Of a stretch of 64,000 nucleotides of DNA, positions 30,460-44,497 are shown one piece after another; the first letter of the stretch is position 1, and every line of letters starts with the position of its first letter. Origin of the DNA: Candidatus Binataceae bacterium. Lineage in GTDB: Bacteria; Desulfobacterota; Binatia; Binatales; Binataceae. A model generated the notes under the pieces. It did no database searches, was not told where the DNA came from, and worked only from the letters and a program-made list of their open reading frames with translations. The stretch covers positions 1,982-65,981 of the forward strand of contig DATKSL010000008.1 of assembly GCA_035531675.1 (NCBI GenBank). Reading direction: 5' to 3'. Made by a program: the position numbers and the translations under genes.

Positions 30460-32043
30460 TCACTGCTTTCCGCTTCCTGACAACCACACGCGCCACGGGC
30501 TGCCGCCCGCCACGTCGGTGATCAAGACGTGCGCCGAGCGGAGCCCCTTCGCGGTCGGCACGAAGCTCACGCTGAGGGTGCACTGCGCTTGCGGCGCGAG
30601 TTGGCTCGCGCATCCCGAGACCATAAAATCAGTGCTCGCCTTGCCCGCCAGCTGCCAGGCGATCTGAACCGGCACTGGACTTCGATTGATGATCGTGACG
30701 GTCTTCGCTTGGCTCTGGGCGCTCACTTGCCAGCGACCGAACGCCATCGTGCGCGGGCTGAGCCGGATTGGCGGACGCACCCCCCTGCCGACCAGGCTCA
30801 CGTACTGGGGACTGTTATGCGCATTGTTGACGATCGTCAAGGTACCGGTGCGGCGGCCAATCTGCGCGGGCACGAACTCGACACCTATCTTGCAACTCTT
30901 CCCGACGGGGAGACTCGGCGCACAATTGTTGGACGAGATCTTGAACTCGTCGCTGTCCGTCGACGGCGTCCCGAAGATTATCGCGGCCTTCAGCCGGTTG
31001 AGGGGATTGTGCAGCGTGACACGATGCTCGGGGCTTGAAGCCGCGGTGACGCCGACCGGCTCGTTGGGGAAAATAATTTCGGCTGGCCAATGACGGAGTT
31101 TTACCGGCACCACCGTGGGCGTCGCCGTCGGCGTCGCGGTCGATGTAGCAGTTGGCGTGGGCGTCGCGGTGGTCGTCGGGGTGGCGGTCGCGGTGATGGT
31201 GGCAGTGGGCGTAGGCGTGGCGGATTCGATCGCAAACACGCCCTGGATATGCGCCGGGGCGAATCCCGTTTCGGCCCCGTAAGCGAGTGACCAGGCGCCG
31301 CCGCCCGAGGGATCGAACTCGAGCACCTCCTGCGGCGTAAAATTCTCGCCGCCGATCGATCCCGTGCCGTCAAACACCATCAGCAGATGGCCGTCGCTGG
31401 CGAGATAATCGGCGCCCACCAGGTTCACTCCCGCCGGCACGCCATTCGCTCGCCCATCGAAGAAAATCTTCCGGACCGGCGCGACCGAGCCGGTGAGTTG
31501 CGTCAGATCTGACGGGTAGACGGTGACCGGGGCATTATTGGGTCCGGTAAGCGAGACCGGGATGTCGAAGGAGAGCGCGAGGTCGCCGCCGATCATCGTC
31601 AGTGCGTCGATCGCCGCCCCGGCCGGCACGCCGTTGTCAGAACCCTTGAAGTAGTACGAGTACTTCGTGCCATCGAAGCTCGCGACGTCGCGCGGCGTGA
31701 TCGTGATCGAACCCGAACCCGAACTAGACGGCAGCGAAACCGGATTGTCGAAAGTCAAAAGTTGCTGATTAACGGAGATTCGATAATAGCCGGTGATATG
31801 AACACCGGGTACAACCGCGGGAAACGCGGGGAGCGTGGTGTCAGTATTTCCCGCCAGATCGACAGCCACCACCTGGTTGGGCTCGACCATGACGCTGCCG
31901 AGCATGACCGGCACGTCCGGGGTGAAGAAAATGCTGGACAGCGGAGTGGCAGAGAAGGCCGCCATCGCGCCGGTGAGCAGCAGCATCATCGCCACCAGCG
32001 ACGCGACCAACCGCGATGTGATCAGGCGTCGGGACCGCTTCAT
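30460..32043 (-). CDS. secreted multidomain protein with Thr/Pro/Ala linker and C-terminal Ig-like (choice-of-anchor-D/ASH-like) repeats
   Basis: Signal peptide ([21 protein letters not shown]), central linker [35 protein letters not shown], and two C-terminal beta-rich modules each with paired Cys (NNCAP...KSCKIGVEF; [16 protein letters not shown]). Confidence 0.6.
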   Translation of the reverse strand: MKRSRRLITSRLVASLVAMMLLLTGAMAAFSATPLSSIFFTPDVPVMLGSVMVEPNQVVAVDLAGNTDTTLPAFPAVVPGVHITGYYRISVNQQLLTFDNPVSLPSSSGSGSITITPRDVASFDGTKYSYYFKGSDNGVPAGAAIDALTMIGGDLALSFDIPVSLTGPNNAPVTVYPSDLTQLTGSVAPVRKIFFDGRANGVPAGVNLVGADYLASDGHLLMVFDGTGSIGGENFTPQEVLEFDPSGGGAWSLAYGAETGFAPAHIQGVFAIESATPTPTATITATATPTTTATPTPTATSTATPTATPTVVPVKLRHWPAEIIFPNEPVGVTAASSPEHRVTLHNPLNRLKAAIIFGTPSTDSDEFKISSNNCAPSLPVGKSCKIGVEFVPAQIGRRTGTLTIVNNAHNSPQYVSLVGRGVRPPIRLSPRTMAFGRWQVSAQSQAKTVTIINRSPVPVQIAWQLAGKASTDFMVSGCASQLAPQAQCTLSVSFVPTAKGLRSAHVLITDVAGGSPWRVWLSGSGKQ

Positions 32044-32115
32044 CTTCCCTCTGGGCGGAAGCGAGTCCGCCCGGGCGATGCTGTTTGTTCGCGGCGCCGC
32101 GCTTGCGGCGCGCGC

Positions 32116-33561
32116 TCAGAGCTCGGGACTGGCCGGCAGAAAGCTTTCGCCCATCAGGTACGCGTCGACGGCGCGGGCGGCTTCGCGTCCCTCCCATATC
32201 GCCCATACCACTAACGACTGGCCGCGGCGAGCGTCACCGGCGGCGAACACACCGGGCACGCTGCTGGCGTAATCCTGGCACGCGATATTGCCGCGCTGGT
32301 CGAGCTTGAGTCCGAGCTCGGCCACGATCGTGTCGGGCTCGGGTCCGAGGAAGCCCAGCGCCAGCAGCACCAGATCGCAATCGATCGCGAACTCGCTGCC
32401 CGCAATCTCCTCCATCGCCATCCGTCCGTTGTCGCGCTTCCAGTGCAGCCGCGCGGCGTTGAGCCGCGTGACGCGGCCATTCTCGCCGCTAAAGCTCTTG
32501 GTGTTGATGCTCCAGTCGCGGCGCACGCCTTCCTCGTGCGAGGTCGAAGTGCGCAGAATCATCGGCCACTCCGGCCACGGCATCTCGACGGTGCGCTGCG
32601 CCGGCGGCATCGGCAGCAACTCGAACTGCGACACCTCGGCGGCGCCCTGGCGGTTCGAGGTGCCGAGGCAATCCGAGCCGGTGTCGCCGCCGCCCAGGAT
32701 GACGACTCGTTTGCCGTGCGCGGTAATCTCCGTGCGCGGATCGATCGCATCGCCGAAGTTGCGCTTGTTCTGTTGCGGCAGGAATTCCATCGCGAAGTGG
32801 ATTCCGCCCAGTTCGCGCCCCGGCACCGTCAGATCGCGCGGCTTGGTCGATCCCATGGTCAGGCAGATAGCGTCATGGCGGGCGCGCAGCTCGTCGGCAT
32901 GCAGGTCGCGCCCGACGTGGCAATCGGTGACGATTTCGACGCCCTCGGCGCGCATCTGTTCGACCCGCCGATTCACCATCCACTTCTCGAGCTTGAAGTC
33001 CGGTATCCCGTACATCAGCAGTCCGCCGACCCGGTCGGATCGTTCGTAGAGCGTGACCGCGTGACCGGCGCGCGCCAGTTGCTGAGCGCAGGCCAGCCCG
33101 GCCGGTCCCGATCCCACTACCGCGACGCGTTTGCCGGAGCGGCGCGCCGCCGGCTGCGGCGTGACCCAGCCCTCGGCGAAAGCGTGATCGATGATGCTCT
33201 TCTCGATCAGTTTGATAGTGACCGGATCGTTGTTGATATTGAGGACGCAGGCTTCCTCGCACGGCGCCGGACACACCCGCCCGGTGAACTCCGGGAAGTT
33301 GTTGGTCGAGTGCAGCCGCTCGATCGCCTCGCGCCAGCGCCCGCGGTAAACGAAATCGTTCCAGTCCGGAATGATGTTCCCGAGCGGGCAGCCCTTGTGG
33401 CAGAACGGAATCCCGCAATCCATGCAGCGCGCGCCCTGCTCGCGCAGCTTCTCCTCGGGCATCTTGAGCTCGAACTCGCGCCAGTCCTTGAGCCGCTCGG
33501 CGGCCGGCCGCTTATGCGGGGTTTCGCGTTCGAATTCGAGAAAGCCGGTGATCTTGCCCAT
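32116..33561 (-). CDS. gltD: glutamate synthase small subunit (NADPH)
   Basis: 481 aa with Fe-S Cys clusters ([14 protein letters not shown]) and FAD/NAD motifs ([25 protein letters not shown]). Confidence 0.9.
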   Translation of the reverse strand: MGKITGFLEFERETPHKRPAAERLKDWREFELKMPEEKLREQGARCMDCGIPFCHKGCPLGNIIPDWNDFVYRGRWREAIERLHSTNNFPEFTGRVCPAPCEEACVLNINNDPVTIKLIEKSIIDHAFAEGWVTPQPAARRSGKRVAVVGSGPAGLACAQQLARAGHAVTLYERSDRVGGLLMYGIPDFKLEKWMVNRRVEQMRAEGVEIVTDCHVGRDLHADELRARHDAICLTMGSTKPRDLTVPGRELGGIHFAMEFLPQQNKRNFGDAIDPRTEITAHGKRVVILGGGDTGSDCLGTSNRQGAAEVSQFELLPMPPAQRTVEMPWPEWPMILRTSTSHEEGVRRDWSINTKSFSGENGRVTRLNAARLHWKRDNGRMAMEEIAGSEFAIDCDLVLLALGFLGPEPDTIVAELGLKLDQRGNIACQDYASSVPGVFAAGDARRGQSLVVWAIWEGREAARAVDAYLMGESFLPASPEL

Positions 33562-33600
33562 CGTTGAGTAACTTCGCTCCCCTCAGTGCTCGGCGCCGCG

Positions 33601-38149
<4,549 letters not shown>

Positions 38150-38157
<8 letters not shown>

Positions 38158-38716
38158 GGCTGTCTCCCTTCGGGACCGGGGGGTCGGACTTGCGCGCGCC
38201 ATGACGATGGGTGCGGCCGTTGCCGGCGCCCTGCGGCTCGCGGTTGGTGACCGCGACCTGATGGCGTTCGGTATGAGTCGACAGCACCACCATGGTTTCG
38301 GTGCGCGCCACGCCTTCGATCAGGCGAATGGTTCGGATCAGCTTTTCGAGCGAAGCGGTGTTGGTGGTTTTGACCTTGAGCAGCACCGTATGCTCGCCGG
38401 TCACGTGATGACATTCCAGCACGTCATCGAGCAGATCGACGGTCTCCTCGAACAGCGCAATCGTCTTGGGATGCGCGATCGAAACGCCGATGAATGCGGT
38501 GACGTCACGGCCGAGCCGCTTGGCGTCAACCGTGGCGGAATAGCCGGAAATAATGCCGCTGTCCTCGAGCTTCTTGACGCGCTCGATGACCGACGGCGCG
38601 GACAGGCCGACCTGCTCTCCAAGCTTGACATGCGGGATACGGCCATGTTCCTGGAGAATCGAAATGATTTGCAGGTCGATCGAATCGAGTTCTGGAGCTT
38701 CGTTTCCTAATTTCAT
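38150..38716 (-). CDS. lrp: Lrp/AsnC-family transcriptional regulator
   Basis: [47 protein letters not shown] (HTH) followed by a RAM domain. ATG at 38714-38716. The 3-prime end overlaps the gltB start by 8 nt. Confidence 0.85.
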
Positions 38717-38986
38717 AAGGCAAACCTGACGACAGCCTGTCGAACGTAGCGAAAATACGCACCTGAGGTCAAGGAAACTTAGGACGGCGTTCTGAAAGAA
38801 TCTATTTGCAACGGCACAGGATGTCAAACGGAAGGAAGCATCGGAATAAACGAGCCCTTGCCTAAAAAAGTATCAGAGCTGGATCGTCAGTGCATAACAA
38901 ATCGGCATAAAGAGAGAAAATAAAACGTAGTCCCGTTTATTGGATATCAGACACAAAAGAGCGCGTAACTAATTCGACAAGTAAAA

Positions 38987-40480
38987 TTAACTTATGGACC
39001 TTGCCGAGGTCGGAACCCCTATCGCAACCATCAGGAGCGGGCTCTTGCCGTCGGCATGAGGGGCAAAGAACGCCGTCGTGTCATCGTCGTAAAAGGTCAG
39101 CCCGGTCGCACCATGACCCAGCGCGAACGACGCCAGCCAGGCCCGCCCGCCCATCAGACCGGCCTCCAGGTGCAGGTCGCGATAGCCACGATTCCCGACC
39201 TCGCCGAGCGCGCGATCGAGCCTGGCCATGTAACAGATCAGGACGCTGCAATCAGCGCCAATCGGCTGCTCCAGGCATAGGTAGCCGGCGTTGCCGCGGA
39301 ACTCGCCGCGCTTGATGAGCTCGAGCGCGCCGCGCCGGCGATCGTGGAAATAGGCGCCCGGTTCCATCCCGTCGACCGCGTTGACGATCAGGTAGGCCTC
39401 GCACCTCGACGCGAAGTCGGCGCGCGGATGGCGGCTCGAGGCCGCCAGAATCTCGTTCAGATCCGCGGCCGGTATCGCTTCAGGGCTGAACGCCCGGGTT
39501 GCGCCGCGACGCAAAATCGTCTCGCCCAGTCCCAGTCCCCGGCTCGACCCGGCCAGCGACAGGCCCGGCTCCCCCGGCTCCGACGATGTTCCCGCAATCG
39601 CACTGACCTCGTCGCTGGTCTCGAGTCGCGATTCGCGATGGACGCTCACCAGTTCCGGGTAGATCACCTCGCTCGGCGAGAGCGGCAACGATTCATAGGC
39701 GATCGCATCGATAGCGGCGGCCTCGCCTGCCGCAGCCGTCGTGCCGAGCGCCACCGCGCAGGCGACTCCTTCGCGTTCGCCGTCGACGCCGATCAGGGTT
39801 TCGAGTTGCGCGTCGACAAACGCCGTCACGAGCTCGCTGCCGAGACTTTCGGCGCGGACCGCGGCCAGCAGGTTGGCGAGCATCGTCCCACTGTCCCAGA
39901 AGCAGTAACGATAGGCGCGGGCGCGATATTTCCAGGCGCTGCGCCAGAAGTTCGTGCTCAGGATCAGGATCGCGCGCGCCTCTCGCAGCGAGCGGCGCCC
40001 ATCGGCCGCGCCGGCGATATTCAATCGGCAATCCCCCCCTCGCAGCGCCCGCAGCTTCAGGTCGGCCGGCGAGAAGTGGTAGAGGCCGGGCGCGAGCCCC
40101 TGCACCTCCGCCGCCGCGAGATAGATCTCGACCGGGTAGAGCGCTCCGGCCGACGGCGCGGCGCGGAAATGATAATCCTCGCCGTTGACCTGGCGATGGC
40201 GGGTCAGGCCGCCGGCACAGAACAGAATTCGGGTCAGCGCCGCAAGATCGATTTCCGTGCCCGCCGCTTGCGCCGCCTCGGTTGAGATCGCTTCAAGCGC
40301 CGGTATCGGCGCAAGACTGAGGTCGCGCGGCAGCATCACCGCCGGCGCGTCGGGATAAATCTTGTAGGGGCTCGGCCGGTTCTCCCAATCGAGCCGATGC
40401 GGCGTGCTGCGGACGCTGGTGTACGAATGTTTGGTCAGATCATGAAAGCGTTGCGCCGCCTCGATATCGCGGTTGCCCAT
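38987..40480 (-). CDS. SagB/ThcOx-type dehydrogenase (tandem nitroreductase-fold domains)
   Basis: 497 aa. The N-terminus AAQRFHDLTKHSYTSVR...LDWENRPSPYKIY is the hallmark start of SagB-type dehydrogenase domains. The second half repeats the nitroreductase-like pattern. Confidence 0.7.
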   Translation of the reverse strand: MGNRDIEAAQRFHDLTKHSYTSVRSTPHRLDWENRPSPYKIYPDAPAVMLPRDLSLAPIPALEAISTEAAQAAGTEIDLAALTRILFCAGGLTRHRQVNGEDYHFRAAPSAGALYPVEIYLAAAEVQGLAPGLYHFSPADLKLRALRGGDCRLNIAGAADGRRSLREARAILILSTNFWRSAWKYRARAYRYCFWDSGTMLANLLAAVRAESLGSELVTAFVDAQLETLIGVDGEREGVACAVALGTTAAAGEAAAIDAIAYESLPLSPSEVIYPELVSVHRESRLETSDEVSAIAGTSSEPGEPGLSLAGSSRGLGLGETILRRGATRAFSPEAIPAADLNEILAASSRHPRADFASRCEAYLIVNAVDGMEPGAYFHDRRRGALELIKRGEFRGNAGYLCLEQPIGADCSVLICYMARLDRALGEVGNRGYRDLHLEAGLMGGRAWLASFALGHGATGLTFYDDDTTAFFAPHADGKSPLLMVAIGVPTSARSIS

Positions 40481-40617
40481 CTATCGCCGATACGTCCCGA
40501 ACCGGGGTGTGCGTCCCGCCGCGACTGGCAGGGCTTTAATGACCTTTACTTCGATAGCGGCTGTAAGGATCACACGATCCTGCAAATTTGCGGTCTCCGA
40601 TTCTGCACCGGGGATGG

Positions 40618-40947
40618 CTACTTCTTCGCTTTCTTGAGCCGCGCCATCATCTCCCGCTCTTCCGCCGCGCGGGTGTCGAAACCCTCGAGCGGGATGACTT
40701 CCCATTTGACCATTCCCCAAAAGGGAATCTCGCGCAGCATCCGGTCCAGCTTCTCGTTCGACTCGGCTTCCGCCACGAACACGAACTCGCGTTCGCCGAC
40801 GATCACTCCGCCGGCCAGAATCCGCTTCTCGGCCTGCAGCCTGTTCAGCGCATCGAGGCTCGGCAGCACGACCTTCTCCAGCAGCTCAAGCGCATCCTCG
40901 GGAGTTGCGAATCCCGGCGCGTCGGACCCTGAAACGAGGTATTTCAT
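40618..40947 (-). CDS. muconolactone-isomerase-like (dimeric alpha/beta barrel) small protein
   Basis: 109 aa. GGAG 8 nt upstream of ATG 40945-40947. The pattern ...LQAEKRILAGG...FVFVAEAESNEKLDRMLREIPFWGMVKWEVIPL resembles muconolactone isomerase (from memory). The assignment is tentative. Confidence 0.5.
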   Translation of the reverse strand: MKYLVSGSDAPGFATPEDALELLEKVVLPSLDALNRLQAEKRILAGGVIVGEREFVFVAEAESNEKLDRMLREIPFWGMVKWEVIPLEGFDTRAAEEREMMARLKKAKK

Positions 40948-40984
40948 CAACCATTCTCCTTCAATCGGGGGCTTCGGTCTTAAT

Positions 40985-42136
40985 TTAATTCTCGTATTCC
41001 TGGCGCAGATGGCGCGCGATCACCAGCCGCTGAATTTCCGAGGCGCCTTCGTAGATCCGCAGCGCCCGCACCTGCCGATAGAGCCGCTCGACCCGCACCC
41101 CGCGCCGCACCCCGTTGCCACCGTGAATCTGCACCGCTTCGTCGATCGCGCGCCACGCCGCCTCGGTCGCGAACAGCTTCGCCATCGAGGCCTCCTTGCT
41201 GACGCGCGCCGCTCCGCGATCCTTGAGCTTGGCGGCCCGATAGACCAGCATCCGCGCCGCCTCGAGCGAAGTCGCCATGTCGGCCAGCTTGAACTGGATG
41301 GCCTGGTTGTCGATCAGCGGATGGCCGAACTGGACGCGCCCGCGGCTGTAGCGAATCGATTCTTCGAGCGCCGCCTGCGCCATCCCGATCGCCGCCGCAC
41401 CGACCGACGGCCGGTAGACATCGAAGGTCTGCATCGCGATCCGAAAACCCTGCCCGGGTTCGCCCACGATCTGGTCGGCGGGAATCGTGCAGTCCTTGAA
41501 GCTCAACTCGCCGATACAATGCGGCGCCGAAAGATCGAACTGCTGCACGACCGCGAAACCCGGCGCCTCCTTTTCGACGATAAAGCACGACAGGCCGCGC
41601 ACGCCCGCCGCTGGATCGGTCTTCGCGAACACCGTGTAGGTGCCGGCCACGCCCGCGTTCGAGATGAAGATTTTGCCGCCGTTGAGCACCCAGCTCGCGC
41701 CACGCCGCTCGGCGACGGTTTCGATCATCGACAGGTCGGAGCCCGCCGCCGGTTCGGTGAGCGCGTAGCCGGCGAGCTTTTCGGCCCGCGCGATCGGCGG
41801 CAGAAAGCGGCGCTTTTGCGCCTCGCTCCCGGCGACCACGATCGGATAGCTCCCCAGCCCCTGCATCGTGAACAGCAGGTCGATATTGGCCGAGCCGCGC
41901 GCCAGCTCCTCGCGCACCAGGCAGACCTCGGTCGCCTTGACGCCGGGACCGACGCCGCCGTACTCCTCGGGAATCACCACGCCGAGGATTCCCTCGCGCA
42001 CCAGCATCGCGGCCACGTCCCATGCCACCGCCGTGGTCTCGTCGAGCTCCGCCGTGCGCGGCATGATCTGCCCGTCGACCAGCGCGCGCACCCGCTCGCG
42101 CATCCGCTGCTCGTCTTCGCTCAGCAACAGCTCCAT
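40985..42136 (-). CDS. acyl-CoA dehydrogenase
   Basis: 383 aa starting MELLLSEDEQRMRERV. It has YALTEPAAGSD, a catalytic-region IYEGASEIQRLVIAR and the ending. The track start at 42490 is a spurious extension. Confidence 0.9.
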   Translation of the reverse strand: MELLLSEDEQRMRERVRALVDGQIMPRTAELDETTAVAWDVAAMLVREGILGVVIPEEYGGVGPGVKATEVCLVREELARGSANIDLLFTMQGLGSYPIVVAGSEAQKRRFLPPIARAEKLAGYALTEPAAGSDLSMIETVAERRGASWVLNGGKIFISNAGVAGTYTVFAKTDPAAGVRGLSCFIVEKEAPGFAVVQQFDLSAPHCIGELSFKDCTIPADQIVGEPGQGFRIAMQTFDVYRPSVGAAAIGMAQAALEESIRYSRGRVQFGHPLIDNQAIQFKLADMATSLEAARMLVYRAAKLKDRGAARVSKEASMAKLFATEAAWRAIDEAVQIHGGNGVRRGVRVERLYRQVRALRIYEGASEIQRLVIARHLRQEYEN

Positions 42137-42167
42137 AAAATTCGTCCCGTCCGCTTCGATTGCCGGA

Positions 42168-43229
42168 TCAGCCGCGCTTGGGCTCCGGGATGGTGGCTGC
42201 GACTTTGATCGGCAATTGAAAGCGGATGATCTGCGGCGCCTCGCATTCGGTGTCGCTGCATTGCTGCAGATCGACGGTTCCGGCCAGCGTGTAGTCGGCC
42301 GGCTGCAGCGGAAACTTGAGCAACACGCGGCCGGCGGCGGTGAAGTTGCCGGCGTGAACCGGGAGCGTCTCGCCCAGCGCCTCGAAGCGCTTGGTTTGCG
42401 GCGGCGGAAATTTGAAACTGTAGCTCGCCACGTGATGGGTCTCGAAGCGAATCGCGGTCGCGGTGTAACTGCCGGGAACCGGCGCGCCATAGATATGCCA
42501 TCCGGGGGCGATCGAAAATTCCGCGCTCACACCCAGCTCCTGCCCGCCGAAGGCTTGGGCGGCCGAGAGGCCGATGCGAATCCCGACGTGACCGCTCTTG
42601 AGTTCGACAGCGGCGCTCGAACCGGCGCCCGCCGTACGCATCGCCACTTCCGAGCCGGTCACGCGATGCTGATAATTGGGGACGAAAAATTTCTCGCGCA
42701 CCGTACCGTCGGGTGCGAGCAGGTATTCGACCGGATGCGGCACGCCATAGGAGCGCATATCGGGCAGCATGTTTTCGTTGAACAGCCCGAAACGGCGAAT
42801 CACCGCGCTACCCTGGTCCGAGAGCAGCGGGTAGCCGATATGGTTAAGCTCGCTGAAGGTTTTGAGAATCTCCTGCGAGTCGTAGCTCACCCCGACGATC
42901 TTGATTCCAGACCGCTCCAGGAGAGCGCGCGACTGTTCCAGCTCGACGAGCTGGTTGCGGCAAAACGGTCACCAGTCGGCGCTGCGATAAAACACCAGCA
43001 GCAGGCCGTCGGGACCGGTCAGATCGCCGAGCGCGCGCGCTTTGCCATTCTGATCCGGCAGCGTGAACTCAGGCACCCGCGTACCGATCTCGGGGCCGGT
43101 GGTGAAGCCCTCGTTGGTGACCGCGACGAAGCGCGTGTAAACCTCGGGCGGCACCGGCTGACCGCTGGCCCGCAGCCGATAGAATTCGCGCATGATACGA
43201 GTCTTGGTTTCGAGATCGGTGGTGCTCAT
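42168..43229 (-). CDS. redoxin (AhpC/TSA-thioredoxin fold) fused to a DsbD-N-terminal-like domain, with in-frame UGA giving a U-x-x-C motif; candidate selenoprotein
   Basis: GGAGGA 10 nt upstream of ATG 43227-43229. The frame reads ...LLLVFYRSADW-TGA(42969-42971)-PFCRNQLVELEQS...GVSYDSQEIL... and continues in frame to 42168. Track ORFs 42969..43331 and 42168..42890 are in the same frame, 26 sense codons apart. The C-terminal GWHIYG ... LQQCSDTECEAP matches the DsbD-alpha/PF11412-like domain. Confidence 0.7.
42939..42953 (-). promoter_or_regulatory. candidate SECIS hairpin downstream of the redoxin UGA
   Basis: mRNA CAGCUC-GUC-GAGCUG (6-bp stem, loop containing GU), 15 nt after the UGA. A second small hairpin (CGCUC-UCCUG-GAGCG) lies at 42913-42927. 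Confidence 0.35.
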
Positions 43230-43370
43230 CGATGAACGATCCTCCGTGTGAAATGACAAGGTGCGAGACGACGCTTCACGATATTGCCACGCGCCAAACA
43301 ACCCCCGCAAGGTAAGCCGGACTCGAACCACCGCGCGCGTCGATGCGCCGACTCATCTATACTGGCCGGC

Positions 43371-43709
43371 ATGGACGATTTCATCGTTACTACCATGAAC
43401 GAGATCCCGGGCTACGAAATCGTGGCGGTCTACGGCGAAGTGTTCGGCCTGGTATGCCGGGCGCGCAACGTGTTCGCGAATCTGAGCGCGGGCTTGCGCA
43501 CGCTGATCGGTGGCGAGGTGCCCGAGTATACCCAGCTGCTGACCGACAGCCGGCGCAACGCGGTCGCGCGGCTCAAAGATGAAGCGCAGTTGATGGGGGC
43601 GAACGCGGTGATCGCGATGCGCTTCGATTGCAACGAGATCGCCAACCTGGTGAGCGAAATCGCGGCCTACGGCACCGCGGTCAGGGTGCGCAAGCAGGGG
43701 CAGGTCTGA
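43371..43709 (+). CDS. ybjQ: YbjQ-family (UPF0145) protein
   Basis: 112 aa: TTMNEIPGYEIV.VYGEVFGLVCRARNVFANLSAGLRTLIGGE...Y..LL...R..A..RL...A..MGANAVI.MRFD is the typical YbjQ pattern. Confidence 0.8.
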   Translation: MDDFIVTTMNEIPGYEIVAVYGEVFGLVCRARNVFANLSAGLRTLIGGEVPEYTQLLTDSRRNAVARLKDEAQLMGANAVIAMRFDCNEIANLVSEIAAYGTAVRVRKQGQV

Positions 43710-43728
43710 GCAGGGTTGAACCCTGCTC
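43708..43728 (+). terminator. possible terminator hairpin after ybjQ
   Basis: GAGCAGGGT-TGA-ACCCTGCTC (9-bp stem) overlapping the ybjQ stop, followed by only a weak T-containing tail (TCGATT). Confidence 0.35.
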
Positions 43729-43794
43729 TCGATTAAGGCGCGCTCGAGATCCTCGCAGAGCTCACGAGTTATCTACTCTGCGAAGCGTTAAGAC

Positions 43795-44388
43795 TTACAG
43801 CCGCCGGCCGACGGTCAGTGTCTCACGCAGCGGCGGTGCGATTTCGGCGAACCATTCCTCGCCTTCGAGGCCGAGCGCCGCGGCCATGCGGGTGACGAAC
43901 ACCCGGTACGAGGCGTTGAGCGCGATGTCGAGGATATTGACGTCGGAGAAGCCGTGCTCGCGCAGCCCCGTGATGTCGGCTTCGGAGATGCGCTCCGGGT
44001 CGAGTGCGATCTTGGCGGCATAGTCGAGCATCGCCACATCCGCCGCCGACAGACCGGCGTCGTGATAGTTGCAGGCCAGGGCGCTTACCTGGTCGGCGGT
44101 GGCTTTCCCGCTCTTCACCATCAGACCGCCGTGGGCGACGGCGCAGTAGGTGCACTTGAGCAGCGCCGCGACCACCAGCGCGATGCGCTCCTCGCGTTCG
44201 CGGCCGAGCGAGGTGCCGCCGAAATGCGATCGCTTGGCGAGCAGTTCCAGCGCCTCGACGGCCCCCGGTCTGAGGCTCGCCAGCTGGCGCATCTTGGGCA
44301 CGAACGGCATGGTTTTCAGGATGCCGTCGTAGACTTCTTTGAGCTGCCCGCTGGCTTCACTCGGGGGAACGGTTTTTATCCAGGCCAT
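43795..44388 (-). CDS. AhpD-like / carboxymuconolactone decarboxylase family peroxidase-related protein
   Basis: 197 aa. The N-terminus MAWIKTVPPSEASGQLKEVYDGI and the CxxC motif KCTYCAVAHG are typical of the peroxidase-related CMD subfamily. Confidence 0.75.
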   Translation of the reverse strand: MAWIKTVPPSEASGQLKEVYDGILKTMPFVPKMRQLASLRPGAVEALELLAKRSHFGGTSLGREREERIALVVAALLKCTYCAVAHGGLMVKSGKATADQVSALACNYHDAGLSAADVAMLDYAAKIALDPERISEADITGLREHGFSDVNILDIALNASYRVFVTRMAAALGLEGEEWFAEIAPPLRETLTVGRRL

Positions 44389-44497
44389 GCCGATGCTCCG
44401 ATGGTCGTTGATGGGTTGCCGATATCGCTCTACTCAAACCGCAATAAATGGTTGAGCGCAAGATGAGCGAAGTCAATCGCAGCGCTCACCGCCCGCG

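Noticed and set aside
38987-40720. Possibility that the SagB-type dehydrogenase marks a TOMM/RiPP cluster with a precursor peptide in the 137-nt spacer 40481-40617. An example is the TTG/GTG-initiated frame ending ...VILTAAIEVKVIKALPVAAGRTPRFGTYRR, whose TAG abuts the SagB ATG.
   Set aside because: No YcaO/cyclodehydratase, docking protein, protease or ABC exporter is nearby. The candidate peptide has no Cys/Ser/Thr-rich core and no canonical start or clear SD.
40397-42208. 603-aa plus-strand ORF spanning the SagB / MIase-like / ACAD region.
   Set aside because: It is antisense to three co-oriented genes with recognisable families. Its translation is low-complexity (S/R/A-rich).
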